Shown: in pieces, positions 26,930 through 34,020 of the stretch
Layout: every line of letters begins with the position of its first letter
How positions within the stretch are numbered: the stretch's first letter is position 1
Origin: Eubacteriales bacterium
GTDB taxonomy: Bacteria > Bacillota > Clostridia > Oscillospirales > CAG-272
Direction of reading: 5' to 3'
Length of the DNA: 58,932 bases
Assembly: GCA_045602325.1 (NCBI GenBank)
Contig: JAZSBH010000053.1
Coordinates: 1-58,932, forward strand
Position numbers and translations under genes: made by a program
The notes under the pieces: model-generated
What the model was told of the DNA's origin: nothing
The model's database searches: none
What the model saw: only the letters and a program-made list of their open reading frames with translations

Positions 26930-29320
26930 ATGCAGGAAATACAACTGATATTTAATCCGGGCAAGGGAACCGTGCCTCTTACGCGGATCACCGCCATCAT
27001 CGGTGACCGCGTGGGCGCCATGCCCAAGCCCACCCGCAAGGGCTACGTCTTTTCCGGTTGGTATATGACCGGGATCGGTGACCCGGATGCGGCCGACGCG
27101 CGCCGCATCACCGCAGAGACGGTGCTGGATGAATCCCTCTTGGGGGGGGATCCCGCCAATATCGTACTCTACGCAGGCTGGAAGAAGCCCGCGGCTGCCT
27201 CGGTTTCCAAGAAGAAGAGTTCTCTTGCTACCCAGAAGCGCGCCATCGCGGTGCTCATCGTGCTGGCCATCGTCCTTGCTGCCGCTCTGGGCGCGGTGTC
27301 TGTCATCGTGGATATCTACGAGTACGAGGACTTCGACGGCGAGGAATACACCATCAAGAAAAAGAAGGGCGCATACGGCCTGTACCGGGACGGTGTGATC
27401 TGTGATATCAATAAGGACGGCTACTATCTGACCGATCTGGGCACCCAGTTGGACGTGGATCCCGAGACCGGCGAGTACGAGATCTACGCCGTGGTGGATA
27501 CCGAGGGCACCGAGGTGGTAGGTGTACAGCAGCGTGTGCTGATGTTCAAGCAGCTTACCTACGACCAGTCCTCCACCACCGACAGCTCCCGGGTCATCAA
27601 GAGCATTGAGGTCCACAATCGGGAGGGCGACTTTACTGTCAACCGCGGCGACGGCAACCGCTTTGAGGTGAAGGATCATCCCACCGCCATTCTGGTGGAT
27701 GAGCTCTTTGCCCAGCTTTCCAACGCCTGTGGCTATACCATCTCCATGCAGAGACTGGAGAACCCCGTCCGTCTGCCCGACGGCTCTATTGACTATTCCG
27801 AGTACGGTCTTGCGCCTGAAAAGCGGATAGAGAAGGACGAGGAAGGGAAGGATAAGCTGGACGGCGACGGAAACCCCGTGACCTACGACTACACCCCCAC
27901 CTGGTACACCGTGACCACCATGACAAACGAGTCCTACACCGTCACGTTGGGTGACGCTACGGTATCGGAGGCTGGCTACTACGCTCGGTATGAGGACAGA
28001 GATACGGTTTACATCCTCTCCTCCGTGAATATTGACGCGGCGGTTATGCAGCCCATCGAGGCGCTGATCAATCCCATGATGGTTTACCCCATGTCCCTGA
28101 ACACCTACTTCCAGGTGTCCAACTTCACCTATCACACCGACATCAACCACGCTGCCATCTATGGTGACATGGTGTTTGAGATGGTTGGCTTGGATCTGAG
28201 TACGGTCAAGCCGGATGAAAACGGTGAATATTCCGACGACATCAAGGAACAGATCGACAAGGCATCCCAGATGATCGAGGATATGGACGAAAAAGCGTTC
28301 GCGGAGATGTACGACCGTCTCTTTGAAAAGCATTCCCGGCTGGTGACCGCTTTCTCCTTCATCGATATGGACGAACGAACCGATACCCTGTATTCCTCTC
28401 TGCCTTACCAGATGTCCTCCGATTATATGGCGGGTTACCTGCCCAACTCGGACAACATCGGTAACGTCCTCCAGACCCTGTACAGCATGACCTTTGACGG
28501 TGTGGCCGTGCTGGGACCCACGGACGAAGAGCTGGACGAGTACGGACTTTCTACCCCCGCCCATGAATTTTCCTTTGTTTACAAGGATGCCGAGGGGCAG
28601 GAGTGGAACAACCATTTCGTAGTCAGTGAAAAGACCGAGGACGGTATGTACTACGGCTACTCTGAGATCTACGACATGATCGTCCGCATTCCCGAAAGTC
28701 AGGCAACCTATCTGGAGTGGGAGGAGATCGACTGGTACGAGCGGGAGTACTTCATGTTCAACATCGCCCACGTCCAGGAGATCAAGCTGGAGGGCGCGGG
28801 GATCGCTTCGCCTATTATCTTCACTCTGGATAACACCAAGACCGACCAGTCGGGCGGCATGGCCTCTGACAAGCTGGAGGTTTACGCCAACGGCAAGCTG
28901 ATGGATTACACCCTGACTGTGACCAAGCCCTCGGGCTCTACGACCACCGAGACCGCTACCTACAATTTCAAGCGTTTCTTCCAGGCACTTCTGACCGCCT
29001 CCATGGAGGGCAACGCCGAGCTGACCGAGGAGGAGATGGCGGATTTCCGCGATACCCCGGACAGCGATTGCTACCTGAAGATCACCATTCATGCCGATGA
29101 CGGCAAGGGGGAGACCGCTGATCTGGTCTACCGCTTCTACCGCTACACCGAGCGCAAGGCCTACTTCACCGTGGAGGTGCTGGACGGTGTGGTGGATTCC
29201 AACACGCCCCAGAACGGACAAGGCGTTTTCTACGTTCTCCGCTCCTTCTGCGACAAGCTGGTGGCCGATGCCTACCGCTTCATGGAAGGCACCGAGATCG
29301 TGGTGGATTCCAAGAACTAA
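26930..29320 (+). CDS. DUF4340-like membrane protein with N-terminal Listeria-Bacteroides (Flg_new-like) repeat
   Basis: 796 aa. The N-terminal ~85 aa contain KGYVFSGWY...LYAGWKK. A KKKSSLATQKR-TM follows, then a long external region as in DUF4340 partners of GldG loci. Confidence 0.7.
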   Translation: MQEIQLIFNPGKGTVPLTRITAIIGDRVGAMPKPTRKGYVFSGWYMTGIGDPDAADARRITAETVLDESLLGGDPANIVLYAGWKKPAAASVSKKKSSLATQKRAIAVLIVLAIVLAAALGAVSVIVDIYEYEDFDGEEYTIKKKKGAYGLYRDGVICDINKDGYYLTDLGTQLDVDPETGEYEIYAVVDTEGTEVVGVQQRVLMFKQLTYDQSSTTDSSRVIKSIEVHNREGDFTVNRGDGNRFEVKDHPTAILVDELFAQLSNACGYTISMQRLENPVRLPDGSIDYSEYGLAPEKRIEKDEEGKDKLDGDGNPVTYDYTPTWYTVTTMTNESYTVTLGDATVSEAGYYARYEDRDTVYILSSVNIDAAVMQPIEALINPMMVYPMSLNTYFQVSNFTYHTDINHAAIYGDMVFEMVGLDLSTVKPDENGEYSDDIKEQIDKASQMIEDMDEKAFAEMYDRLFEKHSRLVTAFSFIDMDERTDTLYSSLPYQMSSDYMAGYLPNSDNIGNVLQTLYSMTFDGVAVLGPTDEELDEYGLSTPAHEFSFVYKDAEGQEWNNHFVVSEKTEDGMYYGYSEIYDMIVRIPESQATYLEWEEIDWYEREYFMFNIAHVQEIKLEGAGIASPIIFTLDNTKTDQSGGMASDKLEVYANGKLMDYTLTVTKPSGSTTTETATYNFKRFFQALLTASMEGNAELTEEEMADFRDTPDSDCYLKITIHADDGKGETADLVYRFYRYTERKAYFTVEVLDGVVDSNTPQNGQGVFYVLRSFCDKLVADAYRFMEGTEIVVDSKN

Positions 29321-29340
29321 GGAACGGGGAGGCTTTGCTA

Positions 29341-29398
29341 AGGGGGCTTTGCCCCCTGGATCCCCACCAAAGGGACTTTTTGAAAAAAGTCCCTTTGG
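29341..29398. repeat. REP-like palindrome pair upstream of def
   Basis: AGGGGGC-TTT-GCCCCCT, then a ~15-bp inverted repeat CCAAAGGGACTTTTT/AAAAAGTCCCTTTGG. Confidence 0.8.
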
Positions 29399-29472
29399 AA
29401 ACCTCAAAAACTTGAACAAGAATTTCATTCTTGTGTCAAATCTTTTTGCTTTGACGAAAGGATCATACGATT

Positions 29473-29937
29473 ATGGCTAAACTTCAAATTCGCAAGGTAG
29501 GTGACGAGGCGCTGCGCAAGGTGTGCCGCCCCGTGGATGCCATTACCCCCCGCGTGCTGACCCTGCTGGACGACATGCTGGAGACCATGCGCGCCGCAAA
29601 TGGCGTGGGACTGGCCGCGCCCCAGGTGGGCATTCTCCGCCGCATCGTGGTCATCGAGGTAGAACCCGGCGAGGTCTACGAGCTCATCAACCCTAAGATC
29701 ATCGCCTACTCGGGCGAGCAGGACGGCCAGGAGGGCTGTCTCTCGGTGCCCGGTCAGTGGGGCATGGTCAAGCGCCCCATGAACGTCACCGTCCGCGCCC
29801 TCAACCGCAAGGGTGAGACTGTGGAGATCACCGGTCACGAGCTCCTTGCCCGCTGCTTCTGCCACGAGCTGGACCACCTGGACGGCACCCTCTACATCGA
29901 CAAGGCTTACTCCATGAACGATGAGGACGAGGAGTAA
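29473..29937 (+). CDS. def: Peptide deformylase
   Basis: GVGLAAPQVG, EGCLSVPG and HELDHLDG metal-binding motifs. Confidence 0.96.
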   Translation: MAKLQIRKVGDEALRKVCRPVDAITPRVLTLLDDMLETMRAANGVGLAAPQVGILRRIVVIEVEPGEVYELINPKIIAYSGEQDGQEGCLSVPGQWGMVKRPMNVTVRALNRKGETVEITGHELLARCFCHELDHLDGTLYIDKAYSMNDEDEE

Positions 29938-29963
29938 GGGATAACGGGAGAGCGGGGAACGAC

Positions 29964-29995
29964 GGGGGAAAACTTCTTTCAAGAAGTTTTCCCCC
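29964..29995. repeat. REP-like palindrome downstream of def
   Basis: GGGGGAAAACTTCTT/AAGAAGTTTTCCCCC, a near-perfect 14-15-bp inverted repeat. Confidence 0.8.
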
Positions 29996-30050
29996 GAACC
30001 CCCTTTCAAGAACTTTCAAATAGGGATATAGGATGGAAAAATATATGCTT

Positions 30051-30100
30051 ATTTGAAAGTTTTTGAAAAAAGTTTTTCGTGCGGGGTATGGGGCAGAGCC
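30051..30100 (+). repeat. Leader repeat shared by fmt and typA
   Basis: TTTGAAAGTTTTTGA...CGGGGTATGGGGCAGAGCCC. The same two blocks occur in the same order and orientation at 53951-53997. Confidence 0.7.
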
Positions 30101-30131
30101 CTATGATCCAGCCCCGAGAAAGGAGACAACT

Positions 30132-31070
30132 ATGCGCGTCGTATTCATGGGCACACCCGATTTTGCCCTGATTTCTTTGAAGGCTCTGGTGGAATCCGGG
30201 GAGGATGTAGTGGCTGTGGTCACCCAGCCCGACAAGCCCCGCGGGAGAGGTTACGTGCTGACTCCGCCCCCTGTGAAGGTCTATGCCATGGAGCAGAATA
30301 TTCCTGTCTATCAGCCCCAGACTCTGAAAAACGGTGCATTTGACGAGACTCTGGCTCAACTGGATCCCCAGCTCATCGTGGTGGTTGCGTACGGTAAGCT
30401 TTTGCCAAAGTCGGTGCTGGACTACCCCAAGCACGGCTGTATCAACGTCCACGGCTCCCTTCTGCCTGCCCTGCGAGGCGCGGCACCCATGCAGAGAGCC
30501 ATCATGGAGGGTCATCCCGTCACGGGCATCACCACCATGTACATGGCCGAGGGAATGGACACGGGGGATATGCTCCTGAAATCCGAGATGGCCATCGAGG
30601 AGGACGATAACTTCGAGACCGTCCACGACAAGCTGGCAGAGTGCGGTGCCGAGACCCTGCTCCGCACCATCGAAGCCTTGAAGGCGGGCACCTTGACTGC
30701 CACTCCCCAGGATCATACCCTGGCTACCCATGCTGCCAAGATCGAGAAGGCGGATTGCCTGATTGATTTTACCGTTGATGCTCACACGGTACACAACCGC
30801 ATCCGCGGCCTGTCCCCCATGCCCTTGGCGTTTACCCACACCCCCGACGGCAAACTCTTGAAGGTGCCCGCCGCCAAGCGGGGTCGATCTCCCGAGGTGG
30901 GCTCACTCGCCGCCCCCGGCACGGTGCTGTCTCTGGATAACGGCATCGAGGTCGCTTGCGGCACAGGCTCGGTGATCTTCACCGCCGTCACTCCCGAGGG
31001 CAAGGGGCGCATGAACGCCGCCGACTATGTGCGGGGACGGAAGGTGAGCGTGGGGGATGTGCTGGGCTGA
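30132..31070 (+). CDS. fmt: Methionyl-tRNA formyltransferase
   Basis: MRVVFMGTPDFAL, VVTQPDKPRGRG and INVHGSLLPALRGAAP motifs. The ATG follows AGGAGA, and the track ORF start at 30063 is over-extended. Confidence 0.95.
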   Translation: MRVVFMGTPDFALISLKALVESGEDVVAVVTQPDKPRGRGYVLTPPPVKVYAMEQNIPVYQPQTLKNGAFDETLAQLDPQLIVVVAYGKLLPKSVLDYPKHGCINVHGSLLPALRGAAPMQRAIMEGHPVTGITTMYMAEGMDTGDMLLKSEMAIEEDDNFETVHDKLAECGAETLLRTIEALKAGTLTATPQDHTLATHAAKIEKADCLIDFTVDAHTVHNRIRGLSPMPLAFTHTPDGKLLKVPAAKRGRSPEVGSLAAPGTVLSLDNGIEVACGTGSVIFTAVTPEGKGRMNAADYVRGRKVSVGDVLG

Positions 31071-31165
31071 TCCTCTTCGTATTTCTGAATTTTTCAGCTT
31101 TACATTGAATCAACAAATCCGTGGTATAATACCACAAACGAAACCTTCTTTGAAAGGAGCAAACT

Positions 31166-31885
31166 ATGTTTTTCGGTTTATTCTGGGGCGACTGGACCAT
31201 CCTCGTCCTGATCCCTGCCATGATCTTCGCCATTTACGCCCAAATCAAGGTGAAATCCACCTTTGAAAAATATGCCAAGGTCCACAATCGCCGCGGGCTC
31301 ACGGGGGCGGACGCCGCCCGTCGGGTGCTGGACGCCGCGGGGCTGTACAACGTTCGCATCGAGCGAGTCCACGGCCACCTGACCGATCACTACGACCCTC
31401 GGGAGAACGTCATCCGTCTGTCGGATGCCACCTATGCCTCCACCGGCATTGCCGCCGTGGGGGTAGCCGCCCACGAGGCGGGACACGCGGTTCAGCATGC
31501 CGTGGGTTACGTGCCCATCAAGGTTCGCGCGGCCATCATTCCCATGACCCGTTTCGGGTCTATGCTCGCTATGCCCCTGTTCATCATCGGTATGCTCTTC
31601 GCCGGCGGCGCTTACGCCGGCGGTGGGATCGGAGAGATCCTGATGCTGACGGGCATCCTGTTCTTCTCCTTCTCCACCCTGTTCCAGCTGGTGACCCTGC
31701 CCACCGAGTTCAATGCCTCCTCCCGCGCCATAAAGGCTTTAGAGGACGGAGGGCTTCTCGCCGATGACGAGCTTCCCGCTGCCAAGGCCACCCTCTCTGC
31801 CGCCGCCATGACCTACGTTGCCGCCTTGGCGTCCTCGCTGGCGTCTCTGTTGCGCTTGATTCTGATCTTCAATCGGAGACGGTAA
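31166..31885 (+). CDS. Membrane zinc metallopeptidase (YugP-like, Zn_peptidase_2)
   Basis: HEAGHAVQH zinc motif, an N-terminal TM and C-terminal TMs. This is the usual neighbour of fmt in Firmicutes. Confidence 0.85.
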   Translation: MFFGLFWGDWTILVLIPAMIFAIYAQIKVKSTFEKYAKVHNRRGLTGADAARRVLDAAGLYNVRIERVHGHLTDHYDPRENVIRLSDATYASTGIAAVGVAAHEAGHAVQHAVGYVPIKVRAAIIPMTRFGSMLAMPLFIIGMLFAGGAYAGGGIGEILMLTGILFFSFSTLFQLVTLPTEFNASSRAIKALEDGGLLADDELPAAKATLSAAAMTYVAALASSLASLLRLILIFNRRR

Positions 31886-31905
31886 AATCCATCATGAAAC
31901 GTAAT

Positions 31906-31945
31906 GCCAAGCCCCTTGCGAACAAAGGGACTTGGCGTTTTTTTG
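31906..31945 (+). terminator. Rho-independent terminator
   Basis: GCCAAGCCCCTT/AAGGGACTTGGC stem (1 mismatch) followed by GTTTTTTTG. Confidence 0.8.
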
Positions 31946-31979
31946 CGCAAACCGTGAAAAAATCTCACTCAACGTGTTC

Positions 31980-32008
31980 TTGCGTTTTCTTTTCGGATAT
32001 GCTATAAT
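31980..32008 (+). promoter_or_regulatory. Sigma-A type promoter of HTH/TPR regulator
   Basis: TTGCGT, 17 nt spacer, TATAAT. Confidence 0.55.
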
Positions 32009-32091
32009 GGAATCACCGGGGAAACAGCTGGCCCGGTTTCGCAAAACTCTGCGCAGAGGTTCATGATCGATCATACGAAAGGAAGTATGCT

Positions 32092-33330
32092 ATGAAACTG
32101 AATATTGGAAATATCATCCGCGACCGCCGCCGTACCATGGATCTGACCCAGGAGCAGTTGGCTGAGCGGCTGGGGGTGACCTGCCAGTCGGTCAGCCGAT
32201 GGGAGAACGGGCAGACCTACCCCGACATTGAGTTTCTCCCTGTGCTGGCGGATCTTTTCGGGATCAGCCTGGACGAACTGATGGGGCACACAAAATCCGC
32301 CAGAGAACAGCGACTGTCCCGTTTGTGGGACGAGGGGGAAGCCATTACCGATCCTGAGGCGAAATTTGACCATTTGGCTCGGATGAGGGAGGAATTTCCT
32401 GAGCAGTGGAGTATCGCTCACCGCATGTTGGAGCTCATCGCCAATCAAGGTATTCGCAAGGAGCATCTTCAGTCTCTTGCCATGGAGTTGTTGGAGAATT
32501 GCCCCAATGAGACGATTCGCTGGGATGTGACAAAGATCTTTCTGCATAACGCCGAGGAAGAGGCGATCACCTCCGAATTTCTGGCACGCTTTACCCAGCG
32601 CTTCGATCGGAATACGCTTTTGGAGACACGCTATTTGAAGCGAGAGGATTGGCCACGCTACCATGAGCTTCGTCGGCGGAATCTGATTCATCAGTTATTC
32701 AAGATCGTGGACGAACAGCTATGCGGGTGTGCGCCCGCTTCGGCTGACCATATTGTATGGGCACAAAAGACAGCCATGGAGATCATCCATCTGCTGACAG
32801 GCTATCGTGCAGAGCCATCGGCGGGGCTGATCGGCCTTGTGGATACTCAGCCGGATCTGTGGTTTGCCATCAAGTATTGGATCGGTCTCCGTTTATCCTG
32901 CGGATTAGCCGCATTAGGGCAAGCTGAGGAGGCACTTGCCGTTCTGGAGCACACCGTGACCGCTATCGAGACGGTTCTTCGCTTGCCCGAGGGCGCTGTG
33001 CTTTCCTACCGCACCCGTGCCTTGGAGCACACAGACTCCGTAATTGTGTCCCGCTATATGAAAGGCCCGTGGTGTTGCGTAGAGATTCAACCCGTGGATG
33101 AGGATCTCACGCTTACAGCGGCGGAGCTGGCGCATCTACATCAAACAGCGGAGGGCTTCTTGTGGTATCGTCCTTCCGAAAAGAACAAGGGCAACCGCAT
33201 TTGGTACGTGGATCTCTATCTGCTGGATGCAGATAAGGGCTGGGAGTGGTTCGATCCCATCCGGAAGCACCCGCGGTTCGAAGCCTGTGTGGCGAGGATG
33301 CGGGCATTACAGAACTCCGCTACACCATAA
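32092..33330 (+). CDS. XRE-family HTH regulator with long helical (TPR-like) C-terminal domain
   Basis: IRDRRRTMDLTQEQLAERLGVTCQSVSRWENGQTYPDIEFLPVLADLFGISLDELMG, then about 340 aa of helical repeat. Paralog of 57314-58474. Confidence 0.8.
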   Translation: MKLNIGNIIRDRRRTMDLTQEQLAERLGVTCQSVSRWENGQTYPDIEFLPVLADLFGISLDELMGHTKSAREQRLSRLWDEGEAITDPEAKFDHLARMREEFPEQWSIAHRMLELIANQGIRKEHLQSLAMELLENCPNETIRWDVTKIFLHNAEEEAITSEFLARFTQRFDRNTLLETRYLKREDWPRYHELRRRNLIHQLFKIVDEQLCGCAPASADHIVWAQKTAMEIIHLLTGYRAEPSAGLIGLVDTQPDLWFAIKYWIGLRLSCGLAALGQAEEALAVLEHTVTAIETVLRLPEGAVLSYRTRALEHTDSVIVSRYMKGPWCCVEIQPVDEDLTLTAAELAHLHQTAEGFLWYRPSEKNKGNRIWYVDLYLLDADKGWEWFDPIRKHPRFEACVARMRALQNSATP

Positions 33331-33345
33331 GCGAATACACAAAAC

Positions 33346-33390
33346 CCGCCAAGCCCTATCTTTACGACAGGGCTTGGCGGTTTGCTCATT
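33346..33390. terminator. Terminator hairpin (bidirectional potential)
   Basis: 12-bp stem CCGCCAAGCCCT/AGGGCTTGGCGG, followed by TTTGCTCATTTG on plus and GUUUUGUGU on minus. Confidence 0.7.
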
Positions 33391-33485
33391 TGTCCCACGG
33401 CGTTTTCGCCGGGGGCTTTGTGGAGGTGCGATTTCAGGAAATATATGGCATATCTCTTTTCAGAGGAGATATCGGATCGGGCGGC

Positions 33486-33743
33486 CTACTTCTTGAAGAG
33501 AGCCTTCAGTCCGCGGGGGTGATCCTCCTCGTGGGTGGCGCCCAGGAAGGTGTAGCCGCTTTGGGTGACGGCGGCTTCAATGGCGCTGTCGGGAATGTCC
33601 TGCTCGGTGAGAATGACGGTCTCCTTCTTCTTGTGGTTGGAGGTTACCTTTCTTACGGGAAGAGCTTTGCGGACGGCGTCGTTGACGTGGGCTTCGCACA
33701 TACCGCACATCATGCCGTCGACTTTCACGGTAATGCGGATCAT
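33486..33743 (-). CDS. Heavy-metal-associated (HMA) domain protein, CopZ-like
   Basis: 85 aa with GMMCGMCEAHV (GMxCxxC). The start overlaps the upstream gene's stop by 4 nt. Last gene of the feo operon. Confidence 0.8.
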   Translation of the reverse strand: MIRITVKVDGMMCGMCEAHVNDAVRKALPVRKVTSNHKKKETVILTEQDIPDSAIEAAVTQSGYTFLGATHEEDHPRGLKALFKK

Positions 33744-33979
33744 GGACTCACCTCCTCGGCGGGGGTGGCGGTCTTGGACTGCTCCTCGGCGGCTTCAGCG
33801 GGTTTGACTGTATTGGGGTGACAGTGACCCGCCATGGCGCATCCCGCACAGCCTCCGCAACAGGAGGATTTCCCCTTTTTCCTGTCGCGGACAAGGCTCC
33901 GGATCAGCAGAGCGAAAAAGGCGATGAGAACAGCGCAAATGAGAATGGTTCCGATATGTTGTGTCAGCCATGCAGACAT
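33740..33979 (-). CDS. FeoB-associated Cys-rich membrane protein
   Basis: 79 aa with an N-terminal TM, then RKKGKSSCCGGCAGCAMAGHC. Lies immediately downstream of feoB. Confidence 0.75.
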   Translation of the reverse strand: MSAWLTQHIGTILICAVLIAFFALLIRSLVRDRKKGKSSCCGGCAGCAMAGHCHPNTVKPAEAAEEQSKTATPAEEVSP

Positions 33980-34020
33980 AGGGATTTCCTCCTTTCGGGA
34001 AATATCGTGTGTTTGATGAT

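Noticed and set aside
25004-29428. 1474-aa ORF on the minus strand, the longest ORF in the window
   Set aside because: It lies exactly antisense to, and codon-aligned with, two plus-strand genes that share a frame (25214-26914 and 26930-29320). Those genes have clear RBSs and GldG/DUF4340-like features. The antisense product is G/V/L/H/D-rich with no motifs and no RBS. This is a shadow ORF, expected when TTA, CTA and TCA codons are rare in GC-rich genes.
29425-30009. 194-aa minus-strand ORF overlapping def
   Set aside because: It is antisense to a textbook def, and its ends are generated by the REP-like palindromes (KGGSGENFLKEVFP-type translation of repeat DNA).
33445-33522. 25-aa ORF (MAYLFSEEISDRAAYFLKRAFSPRG) downstream of the HTH/TPR regulator, considered as a possible signalling-peptide gene
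   Set aside because: The GGAGG is about 16 nt from the ATG, which is too far. There is no signal sequence, and the ORF overlaps the 3' end of the convergent HMA gene. Not supportable from sequence alone.
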